From Bacillota bacterium (lineage in GTDB: Bacteria; Bacillota; JAAYKD01), in NCBI GenBank assembly GCA_963666425.2, contig OY762825.2:1702143-1766142 (forward strand): a DNA stretch of 64,000 nt, read 5' to 3'. The notes below the pieces were generated by a model. That model was not told the origin of the DNA, did no database searches, and saw only the letters and a program-made list of their open reading frames with translations. This document shows positions 19,433 to 28,535 of the stretch, piece by piece. Within the stretch, counting starts at the first letter, position 1. Every line of letters begins with the position of its first letter. Both the position numbers and the translations under genes were made by a program.

Positions 19433-19842
19433 GTTATCGTTGAAATATGAAAATATCAATCCACTGGATGATTACATCATGAAAAAAAGGAATGTGTTAT
19501 GGCTGCTTGACGAATACTTCCTCTGTTTTTAAATATTTCACCTATCATGATTGACACAGGATCAAATTCAGTTATGATAATGATGGATGTCCGTCAAGAA
19601 GTGATCAGAATTTTTCACCAAAATTATGAGAAGCAAAAGCAGATCCTGATGCGGCTACTCGTTGCTGAGTGGTTTCTGGTTCCGTTTAAGACATGACAGA
19701 TGGAATTGCAGCTTAAGTCAGCCGGGAATAGAGAAATTGACCTAATCTGATAGGATGGATTTTGCATAGACAAGACGGCTGTTGATTCAGCCAATAACCA
19801 CAATTTTAAGCCAAAAAATACTCGATATCGTGAGGGAATTCT

Positions 19843-20535
19843 ATGAAGATACAAGGATTACAAAGAATGACATTACTTGATTATCCAGGGAAAATTGCAG
19901 CAACGGTATTTACCGGCGGCTGCAATTTTCGATGCCCTTTTTGTCATAATGCCTCTTTGGTTTTGAATCCGGAACAAGAGCGAGGCATATTAGAACAAGA
20001 CTTCTTTGGCTTTTTGGCCAAACGGCGCGGATTATTGGATGGTATTTGCATATCAGGGGGCGAGCCACTTTTGCAGGAAGACCTGAAAAAATTTATTTCT
20101 GAAATCAAATCGCTTGGTTTCTTAGTAAAGCTCGATACCAATGGAAGTTTTCCCGCAAAACTCAAAGAGCTGGTCGGCGCTGGTCTGATTGATTATGTGG
20201 CAATGGATATTAAAAATTCGCCTGCCAATTATGCTAAAACAGCAGGAATCATTGATAATATGCTGCCACGGATTAACGAAAGCGTATCTTTTTTACTTTC
20301 AGGTGCCGTTGATTACGAGTTTCGGACAACGGTAGTAAAAGATTTTCATACAAAAGAGGATTTTATTGAAATCGGGAAATGGATCCGGGGAGCCCAACGG
20401 TATTTTCTGCAAAATTTTGCGGATTCGGGAGATCTGATACAGCCCGGGCTTCAAGGTATGGTTAAAACAGAACTGACAGCATTTGCGGACATCTTACGTG
20501 ACTTTGTCCCTTCTGTGCAAATCAGAGGTGTATAA
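19843..20535 (+). CDS. nrdG: anaerobic ribonucleoside-triphosphate reductase activating protein (radical SAM)
   Basis: LLDYPGKIAATVFTGGCNFRCPFCHN (CxxxCxxC) and 230 aa. Confidence 0.9.
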   Translation: MKIQGLQRMTLLDYPGKIAATVFTGGCNFRCPFCHNASLVLNPEQERGILEQDFFGFLAKRRGLLDGICISGGEPLLQEDLKKFISEIKSLGFLVKLDTNGSFPAKLKELVGAGLIDYVAMDIKNSPANYAKTAGIIDNMLPRINESVSFLLSGAVDYEFRTTVVKDFHTKEDFIEIGKWIRGAQRYFLQNFADSGDLIQPGLQGMVKTELTAFADILRDFVPSVQIRGV

Positions 20536-20564
20536 CCTGTATCTTGTATCAGTAGAAAAGTAAA

Positions 20565-20580
20565 ACACAATATATTGTGC
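20565..20580. promoter_or_regulatory. NrdR box
   Basis: ACACAATATATTGTGC contains the 14-bp perfect palindrome CACAATATATTGTG and matches the known NrdR operator consensus. It abuts the nrdD promoter. Confidence 0.65.
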
Positions 20581-20586
20581 TTTGTC

Positions 20587-20615
20587 TTGACAAGTTGATA
20601 TAATCATATTACAAT
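20587..20615 (+). promoter_or_regulatory. nrdD promoter candidate
   Basis: TTGACA (20587-20592), a 17-nt spacer, then TACAAT (20610-20615). An alternative is TTGTGC-18-TATAAT, with its -10 at 20599-20604. Confidence 0.5.
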
Positions 20616-20708
20616 GAACTTGCTCTCGCAATGTTTGTGAGAGCAAGTTGCTTTATTAAATCCAATCGTAATAAAAACGATTTTTAAGCCAAAGGAGAGG
20701 ACTGCACA

Positions 20709-23048
20709 ATGTATCAGGTAAAAAAGAGAGATGGTAAAATCACTGATTTCAGTATCAGCAAAATCTCAAATGCGATAACCAAAGCATTCGATGCGCAGAA
20801 CAAACAATATAATTCTGATATTATCGATTTTCTTGCGCTTAAGGTGACATCGGATTATCAGAATTCGATAATGAACGGACTCATCAGCGTCGAGAAAATT
20901 CAAGACAGTGTTGAACGAGTTTTAGTGCAGGCGGATTATGCGGATGTGGCGAAGGCGTACATTTTATACCGCAAACAGCGTGAAAAAGTACGCAACACAA
21001 AAGCGACTCTTCTCGATTATAAGGATTTAGTCAATAGTTATGTCAACCTAGAGGACTGGCGTGTTAAGGAAAATTCTACCGTTACCTATTCCGTAGGCGG
21101 ATTGATCTTGAGCAACTCCGGAGCGATTACAGCAAACTACTGGCTCTCGGAGGTCTATGACGAGAATGTTGCTAACGCGCATAGAAATGCCGATCTGCAT
21201 ATCCACGACCTCTCCATGCTGACAGGTTACTGTGCAGGATGGTCCCTGAAGCAGCTTACACTGGAAGGTTTGGGAGGCATTGAAGGCAAAATTACTTCTT
21301 CACCGGCAAGCCATCTATCCACTCTGTGCAATCAGATGGTTAATTTTCTTGGAATTATGCAAAATGAATGGGCCGGCGCGCAGGCTTTTTCGTCCTTTGA
21401 TACTTATCTCGCGCCTTTTGTAAAGGTTGATGCTTTAAGTTATAAGGAAGTGAAGCAGTGTATTCAGTCATTCATTTACGGCGTCAACACGCCGAGCCGT
21501 TGGGGTACACAGGCCCCGTTTACGAATGTAACGCTTGATTGGACTGTTCCGAATGATCTCGCGGAGCTTCCCGCCATCGTTGGCGGTAAAGAAATGGATT
21601 TTTGCTACAAAGAATGTAAAAATGAGATGGATATGATCAATAAAGCGTTTATTGATATTATGATTGAAGGCGATGCCAATGGCAGAGGCTTCCAATATCC
21701 AATCCCGACTTATTCCATAACCAGAGATTTCGACTGGAGTGATACGGAGAATAACCGTTTGTTGTTTGAAATGACCTCAAAGTATGGCACACCCTATTTC
21801 TCCAATTATATAAATAGTGACATGCAGCCAAACGATGTTCGCAGCATGTGTTGTCGACTGCGGCTTGACCTCCGGGAACTGCGCAAAAAAGGTGGCGGTT
21901 TTTTCGGCAGTGGTGAGAGTACAGGTTCTGTTGGGGTCGTCACGATCAATTTACCACGGATTGCCTATCAGGCTGCGAACGAAATTGATTTTTACAATCG
22001 ACTAGACAAAATAATGGATCTTGCTGCTCGTTCATTGGATACCAAGCGTACCGTTATTACAAAATTGATGAACGCCGGACTTTATCCTTATACGAAGCGG
22101 TATCTTGGTAGCTTTGATAATCATTTTTCTACCATCGGTCTGATCGGAATGAATGAAGCCGGTCTGAATGCGAATTGGCTCAGAACAGATTTAATGCATA
22201 AATCTACCCAACTGTTTGCGAAAAATGTGTTGAATCATATGCGGGAAAGGCTTGTAAAATATCAGGAACAATATGGCGCGCTCTTTAACCTGGAAGCGAC
22301 GCCTGCCGAATCCACAACTTATCGGCTCGCTAAGCATGATAGGAAGCAATATCCCAAGATCATAACCGCAGCAGAACCAGGCGATCCTCCCTATTATACG
22401 AACAGCTCTCATCTTCCGGTCGGTGCTACGGAAGATCTGTTTGAAGCATTGGAATTGCAGGATGAATTACAGGTCCTGTATACATCCGGGACGGTATTCC
22501 ATGCATTCCTGGGCGAAAAGCTACCCGACTGGCATTCGGCGGCTGCGCTTGTTCGCAAGATAGCTGAGCACAGCAAATTACCGTATTATACGGTATCGCC
22601 AACCTATTCCGTATGTAAAACGCACGGTTACATCAGCGGTGAGCACTTCAACTGTCCGGAATGCGGCATTGAAACCGAGGTTTATAGCCGCATAACGGGT
22701 TATTATCGTCCTGTTAAAAATTGGAATGAAGGAAAATCACAAGAGTATAAGGATCGTAAAGTATACAGTGCCGGGAAACCTGTTTTAGGACAGGCGAATC
22801 TAACACTGCCGCAGAAAGAGGAATTATTTCTATTTACAACTTCCACTTGCGTGAACTGCCAAATGGCTAAAAAAGTTTTGGCTGCTGCTAATATTACTTA
22901 CAGTATGATGGATGCGAGTGAACATCAGGATTTGATTGAAAAATATAATGTCTTTCAAGCACCGACTCTTGTGGCCATTGCGGAGGGGAGTGTAGAAAAT
23001 TTTTCCGGATTGGCCAGCATACAAGAGTACATTAAGAATCGAAGTTGA
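20709..23048 (+). CDS. nrdD: anaerobic (class III) ribonucleoside-triphosphate reductase with C-terminal thioredoxin/glutaredoxin-fold extension
   Basis: N-terminal ATP-cone (VKKRDGKITDFSISKI), a Zn site CKTHGY...CPECG and a glycyl-radical motif SRITGYYRPV. A further 93 aa follow, carrying CVNC (22848-22859). Confidence 0.9.
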   Translation: MYQVKKRDGKITDFSISKISNAITKAFDAQNKQYNSDIIDFLALKVTSDYQNSIMNGLISVEKIQDSVERVLVQADYADVAKAYILYRKQREKVRNTKATLLDYKDLVNSYVNLEDWRVKENSTVTYSVGGLILSNSGAITANYWLSEVYDENVANAHRNADLHIHDLSMLTGYCAGWSLKQLTLEGLGGIEGKITSSPASHLSTLCNQMVNFLGIMQNEWAGAQAFSSFDTYLAPFVKVDALSYKEVKQCIQSFIYGVNTPSRWGTQAPFTNVTLDWTVPNDLAELPAIVGGKEMDFCYKECKNEMDMINKAFIDIMIEGDANGRGFQYPIPTYSITRDFDWSDTENNRLLFEMTSKYGTPYFSNYINSDMQPNDVRSMCCRLRLDLRELRKKGGGFFGSGESTGSVGVVTINLPRIAYQAANEIDFYNRLDKIMDLAARSLDTKRTVITKLMNAGLYPYTKRYLGSFDNHFSTIGLIGMNEAGLNANWLRTDLMHKSTQLFAKNVLNHMRERLVKYQEQYGALFNLEATPAESTTYRLAKHDRKQYPKIITAAEPGDPPYYTNSSHLPVGATEDLFEALELQDELQVLYTSGTVFHAFLGEKLPDWHSAAALVRKIAEHSKLPYYTVSPTYSVCKTHGYISGEHFNCPECGIETEVYSRITGYYRPVKNWNEGKSQEYKDRKVYSAGKPVLGQANLTLPQKEELFLFTTSTCVNCQMAKKVLAAANITYSMMDASEHQDLIEKYNVFQAPTLVAIAEGSVENFSGLASIQEYIKNRS

Positions 23049-23195
23049 TCAGCAGGTGCGTTTTGTGAGAGTATCTCTTGATTTTCCGGTAGATCAAACT
23101 GCAGGTTCAGAATAATTTATATCCATCTTCTCAGACGCGTAGGTGTTACTGCAATACATGCCAGAAAACAAATTTAAGTATCTAAAAAATAAACA

Positions 23196-23250
23196 AACAC
23201 CCCAATGGTCAGGCAGTAGGTTATACTGAATGATCAATGGGGTGTTGTTT
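23196..23250 (+). terminator. terminator after nrdD
   Basis: AACACCCCA (23196-23204) pairs with TGGGGTGTT (23238-23246), with an inner TGGTCA/TGATCA pairing. GTTTTAT follows. Confidence 0.55.
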
Positions 23251-23417
23251 TATAAAGAAAATCTGAAGAATTGGAACCCGGAAATACACTGGCGAATTCC
23301 AAATGGATAAAGGCAGTCAAAGATTCAAAAAGCATTTCTCCCGGGGTTAAAAGCTTCTGCTCAGAAAAACATTGCTCGAAAAGCTGCTAAATTCACAGCA
23401 ATAATAGCCAGGTTTGC

Positions 23418-24257
23418 CTAGGTGGATGTATTTTTAATTCCGTTTGGCATTTTAAAAATAACGGAGGAAGGCAGCAATTTCTCTGCAAAACCGTATTCCC
23501 TTAAGGTTTGATTGATGATCAGAAGAATGCTCTCATCGATGCCTTCCCATCTTAGCATTTCCCGTCCGCTGAAGCGATTCAGCCAGGCGAGTGTTGTAAT
23601 CTGGCGTTCACGAAAAGCCTGGCCTGCTGCAGGGGTCAGCCTGTCCAGCAGCAGCGTGATCGGAAGCATCTTGGCAGGTTCTTTGAAAGGGAAATCACGA
23701 TTGAAGGCTTCGGCTTGCCCGGCGTCCAGCTGAAAAACCGGATCTTCGTAAAATGCGCCGGTGATCCCGTCCAGGGCACCTTCGTATAACGGCATCGCCA
23801 TCAGTGCGTCAAAGTTTTTGCCGTTGGGTGTTGTTATTTGAAAGGCTTGCGCCGTCTGAAAACCAAAGCGCGGGTAATAGTCGGGATGTCCGTAAAAGAG
23901 GATGGCGCGGTAAGCCAAGCGCTTTGCTTTTGCTATGGTCTGCCGCATTAAAGCCGAGCCAATCCCGCAATGCCAATATTCCGGCAAGACGCTTAAGGGG
24001 CCAAAGGTCAAGACCTCGTGGTCGACACCCTGCGTATCGATTACTTTGGCTTTGGAATACATGATATTTCCGATTAGTTTACCATCTATTTCTGCAACAT
24101 AATCCAGTTCTGCAACGAAGGCTGGAATTTTGCGTAAGAGATGGGCCAGATAATGTTCATCACAGGTTGGATGTGAAAATCCCCAGAAAGCTTCCCGTGT
24201 CAGTTCTTCCACGGCGCGATAATCACCGGGAAATTCCAGCCGTAAGGTAAAATCCAT
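23418..24257 (-). CDS. GNAT family N-acetyltransferase with C-terminal extra domain
   Basis: Acetyl-CoA-binding core ...LSVLPEYWHCGIGSALMRQ.... Confidence 0.75.
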   Translation of the reverse strand: MDFTLRLEFPGDYRAVEELTREAFWGFSHPTCDEHYLAHLLRKIPAFVAELDYVAEIDGKLIGNIMYSKAKVIDTQGVDHEVLTFGPLSVLPEYWHCGIGSALMRQTIAKAKRLAYRAILFYGHPDYYPRFGFQTAQAFQITTPNGKNFDALMAMPLYEGALDGITGAFYEDPVFQLDAGQAEAFNRDFPFKEPAKMLPITLLLDRLTPAAGQAFRERQITTLAWLNRFSGREMLRWEGIDESILLIINQTLREYGFAEKLLPSSVIFKMPNGIKNTST

Positions 24258-24275
24258 GTTTCATTCTCCGTTCTG

Positions 24276-25553
24276 TCAGCGAGGAGCGTTTTTCACGGCT
24301 GCCTCGATCAGTTGTGTTGCCGCATCGCGGTTCAGCGGCGAGACTCGGCCGTGATATTGATAATAGATCAGCATCGACCAATATACTTCATAACCGCCTT
24401 TGTCAAATTCTTCTTCTGTTGGGAAATAGCCTGTGCAGCCGTTGGTATAACCACCCAGATAGAACTGCTCATTTTTCAATTGATCTCGCGCACGCAGGGC
24501 AAAATCGCACATAATTTCATTGGCTACACCACAGAAACAGCCCTCATTGATGGAAAAATACTGCAGTTCCACCTGGTCTGTTTGTTTTTCCACTTTATTT
24601 TCAATCAGTTGCTGCACTTCGCTGCGCCAAGCTGTACCGTCAATACCGGCTTCGCTTTTGGCTTCGGCAGCAATGGCCATGGCCCGCTGCATGGTTGGAA
24701 CGTCGGCGTGCAGCTGCTGAAAAACCGAATACATCTTCAGCTCTTTGACAGCAGACGGCAGCAGTCCGGTCAGAACAGGTTCCACTTGCCGGGCAACCTC
24801 CCCGGCCATATCCGAGAGTGCCGCAGCGGATTCTATTTTGCCGTAATAAGCGGGGAGCGGGTTTGCTGCCGTTCCGACGCGGTCAGTCGTATAGTATTTG
24901 GGTGCGATGTCACCGGATGCTCCTTGCGTCAGCTGGATCGGGCAGCCGTATTTTTTTGTCAATAAATCTCTGACTGAGCCAAAATAGTCCGAGGAAATCA
25001 GGAAATTATCCGCTTTCAAGACATTGGCATGCGCCGTCAAGCGCAGCAGCAACAGCCGCAGCGCTCCGCTGACGGCATCGGCAACCTTGAGAATGCCGAT
25101 CCGTCGATCCAAAACTTCCTGCTCCGGGCGCCGATTGACGCCGATCTCTCCGTAAGCGGTAGCCCAGGCGATTTTCACCGGTGACATCGCAGCAGCAGCA
25201 TCCCGAACCGCCGCTTTGACTCGATCGTCAACCATATCGGAATAGGCAAGCTCGATGCTATCGTTGGGAGCTGAGTGCGTATGGGAAAAGCATAGCATTA
25301 CTTTCTCTCTGGGGATGGATAATAGCAGACCAATTTCGTCTCTGAGCCGATTTGCATGCTGCTTGGCAAAACCGATATGATCAATCGTCACAAGACAGCA
25401 TTTTTCGGCGGATAATTGCCAAACCGCAGCTTGCGCCGACAGGTTATCCAGAACACCGCGCGAGAATTCATCCACGCGGCCAAAACCAATCGTCTGCATC
25501 GGCGAGCTGGGTGTAATATCTACTTGGCAGAAGCCCATATCAGCAGTTTCCAT
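24276..25553 (-). CDS. neutral/alkaline ceramidase-like hydrolase family protein (function uncertain)
   Basis: N-terminus ...CQVDITPSSP...GFG...CFSHTHSAPN resembles the ceramidase N-terminal-domain family. An AGAGAGG RBS is present. Confidence 0.45.
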   Translation of the reverse strand: METADMGFCQVDITPSSPMQTIGFGRVDEFSRGVLDNLSAQAAVWQLSAEKCCLVTIDHIGFAKQHANRLRDEIGLLLSIPREKVMLCFSHTHSAPNDSIELAYSDMVDDRVKAAVRDAAAAMSPVKIAWATAYGEIGVNRRPEQEVLDRRIGILKVADAVSGALRLLLLRLTAHANVLKADNFLISSDYFGSVRDLLTKKYGCPIQLTQGASGDIAPKYYTTDRVGTAANPLPAYYGKIESAAALSDMAGEVARQVEPVLTGLLPSAVKELKMYSVFQQLHADVPTMQRAMAIAAEAKSEAGIDGTAWRSEVQQLIENKVEKQTDQVELQYFSINEGCFCGVANEIMCDFALRARDQLKNEQFYLGGYTNGCTGYFPTEEEFDKGGYEVYWSMLIYYQYHGRVSPLNRDAATQLIEAAVKNAPR

Positions 25554-25668
25554 TGTCAGTACCTCTCTATTCTGATGAAGGGAACCCTATCCCATCACTT
25601 GGTTTCTTTTGTTAAAACCATTCCCGACTATGATATCGCGATTTTCGGATTTATGCAAGACCCTGCTT

Positions 25669-26904
25669 TCAATCATCCTGTGCTTGCTTTGGTTTTGCTG
25701 GTTCTCTTGCATAAAAACGCTGATCCAGCCGTAAAATCAAAGCTAAGAGCAGCAGAGCACCGCCGGTGACGATCATCAGAAAGCGCAGGGAAATATGATC
25801 TGCCAAAGGTCCGAAAAGCAACATGCCGATCGGCAGACAGCCGCTATAAACGGCACTGAAAAAACCGAAGATGCGTCCCTGCATGTTCGCTTCGGATCTT
25901 TCCTGTAAGAGCGTCATCACGGCAGTTTGAACCATGGTCAGCGCAATCCCGTAAATCAGCATCAGCATAAGATAAACGGTGAAATTGCGGATCGCCCCCA
26001 TTGCGACGCTCAGTGCACCAAAAGCGGCATAACCCGTCAGCAAGGTTTTCTTCCGGTTGACGAAACCTCCCCAGCTGCCAATCAAGATGCCACCGGCAGC
26101 CATCCCTGCAAACCCAATCAGCTCCACGGCGGTCAGATAGAAGTAGCTGTCGCCATAGGTCCGGCTGACAAACAGTGCCGCTAGAAATCCAGCCGGCACA
26201 CTCAAAATGATAAAGATCCCATAAATCAACAACAGTTTGGCGAGGAAACCTTCGGCAAAGGCATAATTCATTGCCTGTTTCATTTCCGATAAAACAGAAA
26301 ACGCTGCGCTGTCAGCTTTCTTTTCCGGCTTTGCTATCACAAGACAGGCAAGCAGCGCAATACCGACAACGGCAGTGGCTACATCAATTAACAGCGTGCT
26401 GCGCAGGGTGTTCCAGGTCAAAATAGCACCGGCAGCGGCCGGCGCTGCAAATTGTACGACCGACTGCAGTGCGGCATTGACGCCATGAAAGCGCATCAAC
26501 TGTTCTTCCGGAACCAGTTGCGGAATCATAGCGCCAACCGCCGGTATTTGTACACCTGCGCCAAGAGAACGGATACAGGAGATGAATAACAACAGCAAAA
26601 AAAGTCCGGAACCGTCACCGAGCAACGGCATCAAAAGAGCAAGCAGCAGTGTCGCTGTGGCAATGACGCTGTCGGATAGGATAATCAGCAGTTTGCGCGG
26701 ATAACGATCCGCCCAAACACCGGAAAAAAGTGAAATCACAAATTGCGGCAGAAAAGAACAAATAGTCAGCGCCGAGACCAGAAATCCGGATGAGGTTTTC
26801 AGTGTTACATACCAGACAATCGCAAATTGAACCAAGGAGGAACCGAATAGTGTGATACCCTGGCTAATTAAAAAGAGGATCGCTTGCTTTTTCCATCGCT
26901 GCAT
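25669..26904 (-). CDS. MFS transporter (efflux type)
   Basis: About 12 TM helices and the MFS motif ...GVWADRYPRK.... A GGAGG RBS is present. Confidence 0.8.
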   Translation of the reverse strand: MQRWKKQAILFLISQGITLFGSSLVQFAIVWYVTLKTSSGFLVSALTICSFLPQFVISLFSGVWADRYPRKLLIILSDSVIATATLLLALLMPLLGDGSGLFLLLLFISCIRSLGAGVQIPAVGAMIPQLVPEEQLMRFHGVNAALQSVVQFAAPAAAGAILTWNTLRSTLLIDVATAVVGIALLACLVIAKPEKKADSAAFSVLSEMKQAMNYAFAEGFLAKLLLIYGIFIILSVPAGFLAALFVSRTYGDSYFYLTAVELIGFAGMAAGGILIGSWGGFVNRKKTLLTGYAAFGALSVAMGAIRNFTVYLMLMLIYGIALTMVQTAVMTLLQERSEANMQGRIFGFFSAVYSGCLPIGMLLFGPLADHISLRFLMIVTGGALLLLALILRLDQRFYAREPAKPKQAQDD

Positions 26905-26963
26905 AAAAAAACCTCCGTTTCTTTGTTAACGGAGATCATAGCATAGAAAGGAAGCTTGGTGTT

Positions 26964-27716
26964 TTACTGGAGGGTTGGCAATTTCAACTGCAGCGCAAGC
27001 AGTAAGCTTTGCATTTTCCTCGCGTCATGGCGTGTGTTTTGCAGAGATACGATCAGTTGGTCGCAAGCGGACACGATATCTTCACCGGCTGTAGGTGTAT
27101 TCAATATTTGCTCTACCAAAGGGTGCTGCTCCCGGTTCAGCTGAAGCATCAGACGCAAGATTGACGCCAGGGAGTAGTTGGCACAGCGGAGGGTGCGGAT
27201 GATATTCAGGCGTGCAAGATCCGCCGCACTGTAAACCCGATCACCATTTTGCTGCCGTTTTATCGTGATCAAGCCGTTCAGCTCCCAGTTGCGCAGTGTA
27301 TCAACGCTCACATCCAACTTGGCTGCAGCCTCGCGCCGCCGGAGCGGCTTACCTTGGGCTGCTTCTTTGCTGCCGAGTTGGGTCTCGACAGCGACAACGG
27401 CAGCTTTGGCATTTTGTATCTCGCGGCTGAGCATGTCTTCATACACCTGCGCCGCTTGGATCGCGGCCGGCAAATCCAGCCAGGCACAGAGCCGGATGAC
27501 TTCGATGGCTTTTTTGCGCAAGCCGTTTTGCAAGACCTCAGCCTGTAAAGCGAGCCGTACCAGCTCCATTTGGCGCAGGTGCAGTTCCGTATACACCCGA
27601 TAATGGTTAGCCAGACGCTGCGGGGCCGTGATCAAACCCAGCTCCTCATAGAAACGTACGGTATTGGGATGAACGCCAATCAGTTTTGCTATTTCGCTTG
27701 TTTTGTATGTCTGCAT
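26964..27716 (-). CDS. MerR family transcriptional regulator with two MerR-type HTH modules
   Basis: HTH 1 is YKTSEIAKLIGVHPNTVRFYEELGLI. HTH 2 is RREAAAKLDVSVDTLRNWELNGLI...RVYSAADLARL. Confidence 0.8.
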   Translation of the reverse strand: MQTYKTSEIAKLIGVHPNTVRFYEELGLITAPQRLANHYRVYTELHLRQMELVRLALQAEVLQNGLRKKAIEVIRLCAWLDLPAAIQAAQVYEDMLSREIQNAKAAVVAVETQLGSKEAAQGKPLRRREAAAKLDVSVDTLRNWELNGLITIKRQQNGDRVYSAADLARLNIIRTLRCANYSLASILRLMLQLNREQHPLVEQILNTPTAGEDIVSACDQLIVSLQNTRHDARKMQSLLLALQLKLPTLQ

Positions 27717-27780
27717 CGTTCACCATCATTTCTCCTAAATTTTGCGTGATTGTGCTTGCCGGAGCGATTTGATACGCTAT

Positions 27781-28359
27781 TCAGCGTGTGATCAGAGCGG
27801 TGGATAATTCTTTGGAAATTTTGACCAGCATTTCCGCCATAAAACGGGCGGATTTTTTCATATCTTCATCCAGCCATTTTTGGATGACACCGACGCAGCC
27901 GGTGATCGTAAAAGAATAGATATAATCGGCGTCTTCTTTACTGGTCGCACCATCTCGGGTCAATTCGCTGATGTTTTTTTCATAGACAAGCATCATAATT
28001 CGTTTTTGTATGTCCAAATCGCCGCGTTCGCTGAGCAATAATTTGCACAGCGGCGCATTTTCTTTGATATAGTCAAAGATTTTCTCGATCATTCCCACCA
28101 GGTTACTGTCGGCTTTGCTTTGCGTGTACTCCGCCAGATAAGAGTCCACATTTTCAAGCAATTCATTTTCAATTGACCGCATCAGGTCGTACTGATCACT
28201 ATAGTGCGCATAGAAAGTGGCTCGATTGATATCGGCATCTTCGCAGATTTCTTTAATGGAAATCTTGGCAATTTCTTTTTCTCCAAGCAATTTGATGAAG
28301 CTTTCTTTTAATACCATCTTGGTGTATTTTACCCTGCGGTCGTCTTTTGCTTTTTCCAT
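27781..28359 (-). CDS. TetR family transcriptional regulator
   Basis: HTH ...ISIKEICEDADINRATFYAHYSDQYDL. A GGGAGA RBS lies upstream of the ATG at 28359, so the track start at 28401 is unlikely. Confidence 0.8.
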   Translation of the reverse strand: MEKAKDDRRVKYTKMVLKESFIKLLGEKEIAKISIKEICEDADINRATFYAHYSDQYDLMRSIENELLENVDSYLAEYTQSKADSNLVGMIEKIFDYIKENAPLCKLLLSERGDLDIQKRIMMLVYEKNISELTRDGATSKEDADYIYSFTITGCVGVIQKWLDEDMKKSARFMAEMLVKISKELSTALITR

Positions 28360-28422
28360 CTGCTTTTTTCTCCCGTTTCCATAAAAATTGTTAGTTACCA
28401 AACACTTTTAAGGTTTTTATCG

Positions 28423-28503
28423 GACAACAGACAAGTTTAAAAGATCTGTTTGTTGACTTATTATCATAGTGTTATTATATTATTCACATAGTTGTTTGTC
28501 AAC
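28423..28503. promoter_or_regulatory. three copies of a TGT(C/T)TGT(T/C)... motif; candidate TetR operators around the MMPL promoter
   Basis: GACAACAGACA (28423-28433, inverted), TGTTTGTTGAC (28447-28457) and TGTTTGTCAAC (28493-28503). A TTGACT-17-TATATT promoter lies at 28453-28481. Confidence 0.35.
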
Positions 28504-28535
28504 AAGATGTTCAATATAATGAGGGGAGAGCAATA

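Noticed and set aside
19556-19842. A cobalamin riboswitch in the nrdG leader. B12 elements are known upstream of some B12-independent RNR genes, and the strings GGTTCC and AAGTCAGCC caught my eye.
   Set aside because: The conserved core (GGGAA...GGTG..AATCC...GCCACTG and a proper B12 box) is not present in the right order. This cannot be supported without a covariance-model scan.
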